Source of the DNA: Betaproteobacteria bacterium
GTDB lineage: Bacteria > Pseudomonadota > Gammaproteobacteria > Burkholderiales > Usitatibacteraceae
Direction of reading: 5' to 3'
Length of the DNA stretch: 64,000 nt
Assembly: GCA_031376425.1 (NCBI GenBank)
Contig: JANMDR010000280.1
Location: 1,926-65,925 of the forward strand
In this document: positions 46,901-55,061 of the stretch, piece after piece
How positions within the stretch are numbered: position 1 is the first letter of the stretch
Layout of the letters: the number at the start of each line of letters is the position of its first letter
The notes under the pieces: model-generated
What the model was told of the DNA's origin: nothing
The model's database searches: none
What the model saw: only the letters and a program-made list of their open reading frames with translations
Made by a program: the position numbers and the translations under genes

Positions 46901-47575
46901 CTAGCTCATCAACGTTTTTACGCCATTGGCTGTACGTAAGTAGGCGCACATCGTCATGCCTGAATAGGGGGGGGTGCTGGTTAGCGTTAATGCATCCGGC
47001 ACGCCAATTTCATCTAACAAATATTTAATTTTTGCAGGGTTAGGGTGCGCCGCCTCCATCCACTCCAGTCGAATACCGTGATCAGGCAAACGCGCGCACG
47101 GATGCATTGGCACATCCCATTGAATTACCGTGGGCACCAGTCCACTTTCAACCGGATAGCCATCTTCTGGAATGGTGATGCGCCACTTAAAATCACCGCG
47201 CTCCATCGGATGCACACTACCTAAGCAGCTGCCTAATTTTTCATCAAGTGCACCGATATTATCGGTGCGCACTACCCAGCCAATTAAGCGTGGCCGCACG
47301 GCGATGCGCTCCTGCACATCCAAGGTATCTAGCCCAAACCAACGCGGCATAAACGGTGCCTGTCCCGCAGGATCAATCGCCACCAATTCCAAATAACAAG
47401 AAGGCCCCAACGACAACAAGCGATTGTGCGTGCCCATACGCACGTGCACCCCTACATCACTTAAGGGCGCGCCCAAAAATTTTTCAAGCCACACTTTACC
47501 CCGCGTCAAATCAGAACAACCCACCACCAAATGATCAATCGTCGGCATTAAATTATTAATATCAGCACTTGCCAT
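46901..47575 (-). CDS. VOC/glyoxalase-like domain protein
   Basis: 224 aa. The N-terminal IDHLVVGCSDL pattern is typical of the glyoxalase-like (PF13468-type) domain. Confidence 0.55.
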   Translation of the reverse strand: MASADINNLMPTIDHLVVGCSDLTRGKVWLEKFLGAPLSDVGVHVRMGTHNRLLSLGPSCYLELVAIDPAGQAPFMPRWFGLDTLDVQERIAVRPRLIGWVVRTDNIGALDEKLGSCLGSVHPMERGDFKWRITIPEDGYPVESGLVPTVIQWDVPMHPCARLPDHGIRLEWMEAAHPNPAKIKYLLDEIGVPDALTLTSTPPYSGMTMCAYLRTANGVKTLMS

Positions 47576-47658
47576 GTGAACCCAATCTCCGCCAAAAATT
47601 ACACGCTAAAACAAGGCACAATAGCCTTTAACGTTAACTATACAAGCCTGTTCAAACA

Positions 47659-48045
47659 ATGCGCAAAACAACAAAAAAACCGCGTAAGGCCAAAGATGCG
47701 GATGCCGCCGTAAGCGTTGAGAGAGAACCCATAACTGCACTAGCAGACAAGAAGGAAATGAGCGTTGAATCTACGGGTAATGACGAAGCCGCACAAAAAC
47801 CGTGGTATCTCTATCTAATCGAATGCCAAGACGGCACCTACTACGCTGGCATCACCACCGACGTGCAAAAACGCTATCAAACGCACGTATCTGGCAAAGG
47901 CGCTAAATACACCAAAGTCCGCAAACCCAAACGCTTAATTGGTGCGCGCGAGTACCTAAATCGGAGTGAAGCCGCAAAAGCGGAATGGGCGATTAAGCAG
48001 TTGGACAAGCGGGAGAAGCCGGGGTTTTTGGGTGTAGTCGCGTAG
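47659..48045 (+). CDS. GIY-YIG nuclease-superfamily protein (UPF0213/YhbQ-like) with basic N-terminal extension
   Basis: Core WYLYLIECQDGTYYAGITTDVQKRYQTH...GAKYT. Alternative start at 47758. Confidence 0.75.
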   Translation: MRKTTKKPRKAKDADAAVSVEREPITALADKKEMSVESTGNDEAAQKPWYLYLIECQDGTYYAGITTDVQKRYQTHVSGKGAKYTKVRKPKRLIGAREYLNRSEAAKAEWAIKQLDKREKPGFLGVVA

Positions 48046-48160
48046 CGGCGCTGAGATTGCCAACAATATCTTGCCCGCATGAAGGGATATTTAACCCTTC
48101 CCCAATTCATTGCCGCGACTTGTGGCATTATTATATTTTCAATTGCTATTTTAGATTGCC

Positions 48161-48370
48161 ATGACTGTAATTGATCAGCTTAAACATGAGGCGAACCAAC
48201 TTTCTGAGCCGCTAGCGCAAGAGGTTCTGGATTTCTTGTTGTTCGTACGTCAAAAACATCGCCGCACAATGTCACCAAGCGTTGTGGAAAACACCATGGG
48301 TGCTTGGCAAGGTGAGTCCTTGATTCGCGCACCACAGGGTCAAGCAGAGCAGCGATTGGAACTGCAGTAG
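48161..48370 (+). CDS. type II antitoxin (DUF2281-like VapB-type)
   Basis: 69-aa ORF whose stop lies 5 nt before the PIN toxin gene. The N-terminal LSEPLAQEVLDFLLF motif is typical of DUF2281 antitoxins. Confidence 0.65.
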   Translation: MTVIDQLKHEANQLSEPLAQEVLDFLLFVRQKHRRTMSPSVVENTMGAWQGESLIRAPQGQAEQRLELQ

Positions 48371-48375
48371 TATGG

Positions 48376-48768
48376 TTGCCCGATACTAATGTTTGGATTC
48401 GTTTTCTGAATCCCCAGCCGTCTTCCGTTAAAACTTATTTTGCACGATACGCCGCAGATCAAATTTTCCTGTGTGATGTCGTCAAGGCGGAATTATATTT
48501 CGGTGCCTATAAAAGTACGCGTCGAGAGCAGAATTTAGACCTAATCAAGCAGTTGGAAGATGGATTTCCAAGTGTTCCGTTTGACGGAAATGCGGCGAAC
48601 AGTTTTGGTAAAATTCGCGCAGAATTGATCAAAGCAGGTACCCCAATTGGGCCATATGATTTGCAAATTGCAGCCATTGCGCTGAGCCGCGATTTCACGT
48701 TGGTAACGCACAATATGAGAGAGTTCTCAAGAGTGGGGAGCCTGCGGCTCGCAGATTGGGAGAGTTAA
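48376..48768 (+). CDS. vapC: type II toxin, PIN-domain ribonuclease VapC
   Basis: 130 aa. PIN acidic residues in context: DTNVWI (N-terminus), LCDVVKAEL and THNMREF (C-terminus). TTG start. Confidence 0.8.
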   Translation: MPDTNVWIRFLNPQPSSVKTYFARYAADQIFLCDVVKAELYFGAYKSTRREQNLDLIKQLEDGFPSVPFDGNAANSFGKIRAELIKAGTPIGPYDLQIAAIALSRDFTLVTHNMREFSRVGSLRLADWES

Positions 48769-48946
48769 GGTCTAGCGCTGCGGATTTACAATCCATTGTG
48801 CTTTCCCAACGGAAGCACTCGTATTTCGACGAGTCATTCATATCGGCTTTGCATTGGTAGATTTGAATCGAGATTAAAGATTGGAGGTATGCTGAAAATT
48901 GCGGATGGTTCGCAACTTTTGGATATCTTCAAAAGTGCGGTTGTAA

Positions 48947-49100
48947 GAACGTCGGTATCTCTACGCAATCGAATGCTATGACAGCACCTACTACGCTGGC
49001 ATCATCGCTGACGTACAAACACTATCAACCGCACCTATTAAGCCGATTATCCGGAAACGCTCGTTGGCTAGTTTTCTCTCGTTAGGTTGGCGTGAAGGCG
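48947..49100 (+). pseudogene. decayed, 5'-truncated and frameshifted paralogue of the GIY-YIG gene at 47659
   Basis: 48961-49037 aligns with 47811-47890 at roughly 80% identity by eye. It translates RRYLYAIECYDSTYYAGIIADVQ versus KPWYLYLIECQDGTYYAGITTDVQ. A 1-nt deletion follows, and patchy similarity with deletions extends to about 49100. An upstream in-frame TAA lies at 48944. Confidence 0.75.
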
Positions 49101-49252
49101 ATTATTTGTCATGCTAGATTGTACGTCTTGCGTAATAGTCAGCAGTGGTAAATCGCTTTGCATAAAAATATTTCCCAATTTTGGGAATATTTTAGAGCTA
49201 ACCACGGTATTGCTAGTAAGAACATTTTTTCAACTAGCCATTACCTAATGCC

Positions 49253-49621
49253 ATGAAAATTAAAACACGCATCTTCCTGCTTGCTCTGTGTAGCTTCACG
49301 TCGCCACTTCACGCGGCTGGCGATGCGGTGCTGGGGGAAAAGTTGTATCAAACCAAATGCGGGGCTTGCCATAACTTTGACGAAAACGAAATGGGGCCTA
49401 ACCATCGTGGGGTATTCAACCGCAAGGTCGGTACGGCGGTGGATTACAAATATTCGGCGGCGCTAAAGGCGTCATCACTGATTTGGAATGAGCAAAACCT
49501 TAATAAATGGTTGGCTAGTCCTGAGAAATTAATACCCGGCCAGCAGATGAATATCAGTGTGCCAAGCGAGAAAGATCGTTTGGATCTAATTGCATATATC
49601 AAAAAAGAATCGGTGCATTAG
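49253..49621 (+). CDS. periplasmic class I c-type cytochrome
   Basis: 122 aa with a signal peptide and heme-binding CGACH motif. Confidence 0.85.
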   Translation: MKIKTRIFLLALCSFTSPLHAAGDAVLGEKLYQTKCGACHNFDENEMGPNHRGVFNRKVGTAVDYKYSAALKASSLIWNEQNLNKWLASPEKLIPGQQMNISVPSEKDRLDLIAYIKKESVH

Positions 49622-49668
49622 TGGCGTGGGTTTTTAAATTTTAATTCAATCTAAATAAGGAATATCCT

Positions 49669-50577
49669 ATGAATGACCGTAGAAAATTTATGCAATTAAC
49701 AGCGGTAGGTGGCGGTGCAATTTTTATGTCTGGGTTGTTTGGTTGTGCACAAACTTCGGGTATTGGCTTGACGAATTCCGATGATTTTTATTTTGTGCAG
49801 CTATCTGATATTCATTGGGGCTATAGTGGTGCAAACAACCCCGATGCGGCCAACACCTTGAAGAAGACCGTAGCGACTGTGAATGCATTAGATCGCGCCC
49901 CCGATTTCATTATGTTTACTGGTGATCTCACGCACTCAACCAATGATCCGATTGAGCGCCGTCGTCGTCTTACCGAGTTTCGCGATATCGTAAATAAGCT
50001 GAACGTTAAAAACCTGAAATTCATTCCTGGGGAGCACGATGCAGCTCAAGATAGCGGTGCTGCTTACAAGGAGCTATTTGGCGCTACTTATTATTCCTTT
50101 AATCACAAAGGGGTACATTTTATTACGCTAGATAATGTGTCAGACATTGGTGCGGGTTTGGGTGCGACACAGCTTGAATGGCTACGTGCCGATTTAGCGA
50201 CACTTGCAAAAGACGCACGGATTGTAGTGTTTACACATCGGCCTTTGTTTGATTTGGCGCCGAAGTGGGATTGGGCAACGAGCGATGGCGCTAAGGCGAT
50301 CGATTTGATTATGCCCTACCAAAATGTGTCGGTTTTCTATGGTCATATTCATCAAGAGCATCACCACATGACTGGCCACATTGCCCATCACGCTGCCAAG
50401 TCCCTAATATTTCCCTTGCCCTCGCCTGGCTCACAAGAGAAGCGCACGGCGCTGCCTTGGGACCCTGCGCAGCCCAATAAAGGCTTGGGTTTTCGTGGAG
50501 TGAGTACTGATCAGAAACGCGTGCCCCAGCAAGCAGATAAGTACGTGATTTCCGAATTTGATGTACAGAAAGCTTAA
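49669..50577 (+). CDS. Tat-exported metallophosphoesterase
   Basis: Twin-arginine leader MNDRRKFMQL. Calcineurin-like motifs DIHWG, GDLTH, GEHD, FTHRP and GHIHQEH. Confidence 0.8.
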   Translation: MNDRRKFMQLTAVGGGAIFMSGLFGCAQTSGIGLTNSDDFYFVQLSDIHWGYSGANNPDAANTLKKTVATVNALDRAPDFIMFTGDLTHSTNDPIERRRRLTEFRDIVNKLNVKNLKFIPGEHDAAQDSGAAYKELFGATYYSFNHKGVHFITLDNVSDIGAGLGATQLEWLRADLATLAKDARIVVFTHRPLFDLAPKWDWATSDGAKAIDLIMPYQNVSVFYGHIHQEHHHMTGHIAHHAAKSLIFPLPSPGSQEKRTALPWDPAQPNKGLGFRGVSTDQKRVPQQADKYVISEFDVQKA

Positions 50578-50621
50578 AGTATGGCTTTGATCTAGCGTGT
50601 ATTTCAATTGGGAACGCATCA

Positions 50622-51161
50622 ATGAGCGATTTTAAGGCACGATTTGAAACTGAAATTTTGCCGCACTTGGACGCCGCGTATAGCTTGGCGCGGTGGCTCA
50701 CGCGTGATGAAAATGCGGCAGAAGATATTGTGCAGGATGCTTATTTACGGGCGTTTCAGTACTTTGAAAGCTATGATGCAAAGCGCGGTGATTGCGCCTC
50801 TAGGCCGTGGTTATTAGGTATTGTACGCAATGTATGTTATTCATGGTTTGCGCAAAATAAGCGCAGTCACGAATTAATAGAATACGCTGAAGACGCTGAT
50901 GATGTAGCACATATATTAGATCATCATGGTGATGCTAAAACGCCAGAAACTATTTTGACGCAGGTGCGTGAACGCACCATGGTGAATGCTGCAATCGCTA
51001 ATTTAGCGATCCCATATCGCGAAGTATTGATACTGCGCGAACTGGAGGAACTCAGCTATGACGACATTGCGCGTATCGCGCAAATACCAATAGGCTCTGT
51101 GATGTCACGTTTATCACGCGCCCGCGCACAATTGCGCCAAGATTTACGCCACATCTGCTAA
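50622..51161 (+). CDS. ECF-type RNA polymerase sigma factor
   Basis: 179 aa. Region 2 is DIVQDAYLRAF...; region 4 is LRELEELSYDDIARIAQIPIGSVMSRLSRAR. Confidence 0.9.
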   Translation: MSDFKARFETEILPHLDAAYSLARWLTRDENAAEDIVQDAYLRAFQYFESYDAKRGDCASRPWLLGIVRNVCYSWFAQNKRSHELIEYAEDADDVAHILDHHGDAKTPETILTQVRERTMVNAAIANLAIPYREVLILRELEELSYDDIARIAQIPIGSVMSRLSRARAQLRQDLRHIC

Positions 51162-51166
51162 AGGCG

Positions 51167-51898
51167 ATGAGAATGCAAAATACCGAACCAGAAGAATTGC
51201 CACGCGAAATAAAACAACATATTACGCGCCACCAAGCCCCCCCCGGTTTAGGACGACGGATTCGTTACGCCATTGATGCCACGGCTGAAGCCCGTGTTAT
51301 GGATGGTGTTGAGACCCATCTTTCGCCCGCGAAAGCGCTAACACCAAATGACAAACTGCTAGGTTGGCTATCTGCGTGGACGCGACAATGGCTCAGCTTA
51401 GGTTTTGGGGCTGCGTGTGGTGCATTGATAACGCTTGTTCTTTTGTACTTTCAGCAAACTGACCATGCAGCGCAACAGTTTCAGCAACAACTAGTTTCCA
51501 GCCATGTTCACTCCTTGCTAGTCGCACATAAAACAGATGTGCAATCATCAGATCAACACACGGTGAAACCATGGTTTATCGGCAAGCTTGATTACGCCCC
51601 CGTGGTTATAGACTTAAGCGGTGAAGGATTTCCCCTAGTGGGTGGTAGGCTTGATTATATGGATGGCCGCACCATAGCCGCGTTAGTATATGCCCGCAAT
51701 CAGCATCTTATAAACCTATATGTGTGGCCCAAAGGGGAAGCGCAAAAACTGAACCCCGGTAGCTATGCCAAGCAGGGCTATAACTTGATGGGTTGGACGC
51801 AGGCAAACATGCAATTTTGGGCGGTGACCGATGCCAGCGAGAAGGAGTTGCGTCAGTTTATGGGAGCCATCGAGTTAGCCAATGTGGCGAAGAACTAA
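51167..51898 (+). CDS. anti-sigma factor (single-pass membrane protein)
   Basis: 243 aa, 5 nt after the sigma gene, with a central TM helix (LSLGFGAACGALITLVLLYF) and a periplasmic domain containing VKPWF.GKLDY. Confidence 0.7.
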   Translation: MRMQNTEPEELPREIKQHITRHQAPPGLGRRIRYAIDATAEARVMDGVETHLSPAKALTPNDKLLGWLSAWTRQWLSLGFGAACGALITLVLLYFQQTDHAAQQFQQQLVSSHVHSLLVAHKTDVQSSDQHTVKPWFIGKLDYAPVVIDLSGEGFPLVGGRLDYMDGRTIAALVYARNQHLINLYVWPKGEAQKLNPGSYAKQGYNLMGWTQANMQFWAVTDASEKELRQFMGAIELANVAKN

Positions 51899-52112
51899 GG
51901 CGATGGCGCCAGAATTAGGTTGCGATTAAATATATTAAATTAAGTGATGGTTGAAAAAGCCCTATTTTCTATAGTCTTCAGCCAGTTTGTTTTAGAACGA
52001 TCGCAAAGAGTTTTGCAACACCTGCGTTATGTTCGTCCTCGGTCAATGGATTTCAGCTTATACTTGAGCCCGATTACCAAACTATTTCCGGTAGCTCATT
52101 GAGGAGAACACC

Positions 52113-52478
52113 ATGATCTTAGGCCTGCGCACCGCCATCTATCCTGTCACCGATCTTGCTCGGGCAAAGGCTTGGTACGCGGAAGTTCTAACGCAACAAC
52201 CTTATTTTGACGAGCCGTTTTATGTCGGTTTTGCAGTGGGTGGATTTGAGCTGGGGTTAGTGCCCGATGGCACGCCAGGCATTGCCGGTGCGCAACCGCT
52301 TTGGGGTGTAGCTAGCGCTGATGAGGCGTATGCGCGGTTGTTGTCACTGGGCGCAACGGCACTTGAGCCAGTCAATGAAGTGGGTGGTGGCATCAAGGTG
52401 GGGGCGGTGTGCGACCCTTTTGGCAACCGCTTCGACATCATCGAAAATCCGCATTTCAAAATTGCTGATGTTCGCTAA
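52113..52478 (+). CDS. VOC-family (glyoxalase/bleomycin-resistance fold) protein
   Basis: 121 aa. Beta-alpha-beta-beta-beta module pattern with a C-terminal DPFGN.F motif. Confidence 0.75.
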   Translation: MILGLRTAIYPVTDLARAKAWYAEVLTQQPYFDEPFYVGFAVGGFELGLVPDGTPGIAGAQPLWGVASADEAYARLLSLGATALEPVNEVGGGIKVGAVCDPFGNRFDIIENPHFKIADVR

Positions 52479-52489
52479 GTACCACCACT

Positions 52490-53491
52490 ATGATTGTTCC
52501 GCAATTTTGGGCCGAAGCTCGCGCACAACATAAAGCCCAAGGTAAGCAGATTACCGTGCGTCGCTTTGGCTGGTCAAATACCAGCCAAGCCGAAGCGCAA
52601 GTGCTGGCTGAGTCGCGCGTGCAGGACGCCATGCAGCGCTTATTGTCGGGCGAGAAGTTGCTCCGCCGTGAACGCAAAGTGCCGTATAACGGTGCGGAGG
52701 GCGTGCCAATTCGTGAAGAAATTGTCGATCGCCACGCATTTCTTGCTAACAGCGAGGGCGAAATTATCATCACGCGAAACGCTTATGGCGCACGGTGTTT
52801 GAATACGCCCAACGTGTTTTTCGCAGATATTGATTTTGATACTGCCATGGGCTGCGGCTTTGTATTTACTGCACTGTTTTTGTTGCTTACCGCCGTTGCC
52901 GGTTTCGCGATAACCGTTCAGCCAAAGGCTTCATGGGTCATGTTATTGATTGTGATGGCGGTGGTTTTAAGCCCGTTTTTTGGCATTTTTCTACAGTCTG
53001 CATGGCTGAAGCTGCGGGGCGGTGCAAAAACCGCTGCACGCGCCGCGATTAAAGTTTTTAGTCGCAATAACCCAACATGGAATTTGCGGATTTACGAAAC
53101 ACCTGCCGGGTTTCGCATTTTGGCTACTCACCAAACCTTTGCGCCACAGTCACCTGAAGTGGCCGCGGCCTTTAAGGCGTTCGGTACCGACCCAATTTAT
53201 GCGCAAATGTGTATCAAACAAAATTGCTTTCGTGCCCGTGTGAGTGCTAAGCCGTGGCGTATCGGCATCAACGAAACGCCACGGCCACGCCCCGGCGTAT
53301 GGCCCGTGCAGCCGCAATACCTACCCGCCCGTGAGGAATGGGTACGCGCCTACGAAGCCAAAGCAAATGCATTTGCGGCCTGCAGGTTTGTGGAGGAGAT
53401 AGGGTCCCGCTTGGTGCACACCGATGTGGTTGCGGTCATCGCGTTACATGATGCGCTATGTGGTGCTACCAGCGACCTGCCAATTGCGTAA
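52490..53491 (+). CDS. uncharacterised protein with two central TM helices and soluble N- and C-terminal domains
   Basis: 333-aa ORF starting 11 nt after the VOC stop. TM segments are FVFTALFLLLTAVAGFAITV and WVMLLIVMAVVLSPFFGIFL. No recognisable catalytic motif. Confidence 0.55.
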   Translation: MIVPQFWAEARAQHKAQGKQITVRRFGWSNTSQAEAQVLAESRVQDAMQRLLSGEKLLRRERKVPYNGAEGVPIREEIVDRHAFLANSEGEIIITRNAYGARCLNTPNVFFADIDFDTAMGCGFVFTALFLLLTAVAGFAITVQPKASWVMLLIVMAVVLSPFFGIFLQSAWLKLRGGAKTAARAAIKVFSRNNPTWNLRIYETPAGFRILATHQTFAPQSPEVAAAFKAFGTDPIYAQMCIKQNCFRARVSAKPWRIGINETPRPRPGVWPVQPQYLPAREEWVRAYEAKANAFAACRFVEEIGSRLVHTDVVAVIALHDALCGATSDLPIA

Positions 53492-53514
53492 CCTGAAGCG
53501 CTGAACCCAAAAAC

Positions 53515-53847
53515 ATGAAAAAAATCCTATTCGTCTGTAGTCAAAACAAACTACGCAGTCCTACGGCTGAACAGGTGTTTTCTACATGGCCTAACATTGA
53601 CGTATTGTCTGCAGGCACAAATCACGATGCGGAAGAGCCGCTCAGCGTCGAGCTTGTTGAGTGGGCGGATATTATCGTGGTGATGGAAAAGCAGCATCGC
53701 AATAAGGTCAATAAAAAATTCAGAAAAAATTTAAACGGTAAGCGCGTACTCGTGCTCAATATCCCCGATGAATTTGACTATATGCAGCCAGAGTTGGTGC
53801 GGTTATTGGAAACCAAGGTGCCTGCGCTGCTTGGCTTGCAGAGGTAG
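53515..53847 (+). CDS. low-molecular-weight phosphatase-like protein (LMW-PTP/ArsC fold)
   Basis: 110 aa with P-loop CSQNKLRS (C-x5-R-S) at residues 8-15. Shorter than classical LMW-PTPs. Confidence 0.7.
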   Translation: MKKILFVCSQNKLRSPTAEQVFSTWPNIDVLSAGTNHDAEEPLSVELVEWADIIVVMEKQHRNKVNKKFRKNLNGKRVLVLNIPDEFDYMQPELVRLLETKVPALLGLQR

Positions 53848-53863
53848 TGAGGTAAATGCGCTA

Positions 53864-54256
53864 TCAACGAAGCCGTAGCAATACTTTGAGTGCGGTTTCC
53901 AGTTTTTTCATCGCTGCTGGCGGGCAAATTGCGATTGGAGAGCTTCCAACTACGCGCCGTTTGGAAACGGAACGTATACAGTCACTGAGTGCCCATGAGT
54001 GGGCGACTGCGCCACCTACTTCTGCTGCGAAGGCACCAATATGTATCCGTACCGGGTCGTCAACGGGATAGCTACGTTCTGAGCTAGATGATACTGGCAC
54101 GACAATGATGGTGCTATGCGCGGCGTTTACGATATCCTCTTGCATAATTAAGCAAGGGCGCAGTTTACTCGGCTCTTCGGGTTGGCTCCGAGGTTTTAAA
54201 TCTATCATCCAAATATCGCCACGTCGAATTGGGTTACGCGGGCTAGATATCATCAT
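53864..54256 (-). CDS. type II toxin, MazF/PemK-family endoribonuclease
   Basis: Start MMISSPRN at 54256. Motifs RRGDIWMIDL, RPCLIMQ, IVVPVSS and ALSDCIRSVSKRR. A 14-nt overlap with the upstream antitoxin gene. Confidence 0.8.
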   Translation of the reverse strand: MMISSPRNPIRRGDIWMIDLKPRSQPEEPSKLRPCLIMQEDIVNAAHSTIIVVPVSSSSERSYPVDDPVRIHIGAFAAEVGGAVAHSWALSDCIRSVSKRRVVGSSPIAICPPAAMKKLETALKVLLRLR

Positions 54257-54488
54257 CAGCCAGTTCAAATTCCTCAACGATGCGCTCGCTCTCGTTGGCA
54301 TGACTGGCGCACGCTTTTGCAACTGCTTCTAACAGAAGTTGTGCTTCAAGAACTTTCACGGATTCTCTCAAAACGGCTGAGCGATCCTGAAGGCCAGACA
54401 TCTTTTGAATCCGAGCAATAGCGGCAACTGTATCAGCATCAGGCCGGAAGGAAATTGCGGTTGGTTGCGCATGCGCTGGTGAACTCAT
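54243..54488 (-). CDS. type II antitoxin, ribbon-helix-helix-like
   Basis: About 81 aa from MSSPAHAQ (54488). ISFRPDADTVAAIARI beta-strand/helix pattern and an acidic C-terminus ELADDDI. Confidence 0.65.
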   Translation of the reverse strand: MSSPAHAQPTAISFRPDADTVAAIARIQKMSGLQDRSAVLRESVKVLEAQLLLEAVAKACASHANESERIVEEFELADDDI

Positions 54489-54609
54489 TTTGAACTTATC
54501 CAGTAAAATAACGGTATTACGAATTGTAATACAAGGAATGGATATGCGTTGCGCTTTTTGTGCGGCTATTTGCAGCAACATTCCGCAGTATTCAATTTCA
54601 CCAATAAAA

Positions 54610-54650
54610 AATGCCTGAAAGCAACCTAAAATAGGCCGCCTTCAGGCATT
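54610..54650 (-). terminator. rho-independent terminator after rbfA (long hairpin on the minus-strand RNA)
   Basis: Outer stem AATGCCTGAA/TTCAGGCATT. The inner segment pairs on the minus-strand transcript through G-U pairs. Followed by a U-run (A6 at 54605-54610 on the + strand). Confidence 0.75.
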
Positions 54651-54671
54651 TAAATGAAGCAAAACTAAGGC

Positions 54672-55037
54672 TTAGTTCTGATGCTTAGCATCATCCAGCA
54701 ATGCATCATCAATTAGCTTAGATAACTTAATACCGTTATCAATGGAGCCATCAAACTCGAAATTGAGCGCGGGGGCTACGCGGATGGTGAGCCGTTTTGC
54801 TAATGCTGAGCGCAAAAAACCGGCGGCAGCATTTAATCCGGCCAAACATGAATCCGCTTTTTTAGCATCACCGAAGGTGGTAAAAAATACCTTGGCGTGC
54901 GATACGTCCCTAGCTACTTCTACGTCGGTAATAGTCACCATGAGTACGCGGGGGTCGCGTAGCTCTAGGCGAATTATCTCCGACAATTCTTTTTGAATTT
55001 GATCCGCAATCTTGCGGTTTCTAGCGTCACTCGCCAT
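54672..55037 (-). CDS. rbfA: ribosome-binding factor A
   Basis: 121 aa with the typical RbfA sequence (R..R...QI..EL..I, VTIT.V.V..D...AKV). Confidence 0.93.
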   Translation of the reverse strand: MASDARNRKIADQIQKELSEIIRLELRDPRVLMVTITDVEVARDVSHAKVFFTTFGDAKKADSCLAGLNAAAGFLRSALAKRLTIRVAPALNFEFDGSIDNGIKLSKLIDDALLDDAKHQN

Positions 55038-55061
55038 CGTAATTTACACGTTGCTTAGCTA

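Noticed and set aside
48796-48981. 61-aa ORF downstream of vapC
   Set aside because: It has a GTG start and no SD, and it runs in the wrong frame into the GIY-YIG relic. The region is better explained as decayed DNA.
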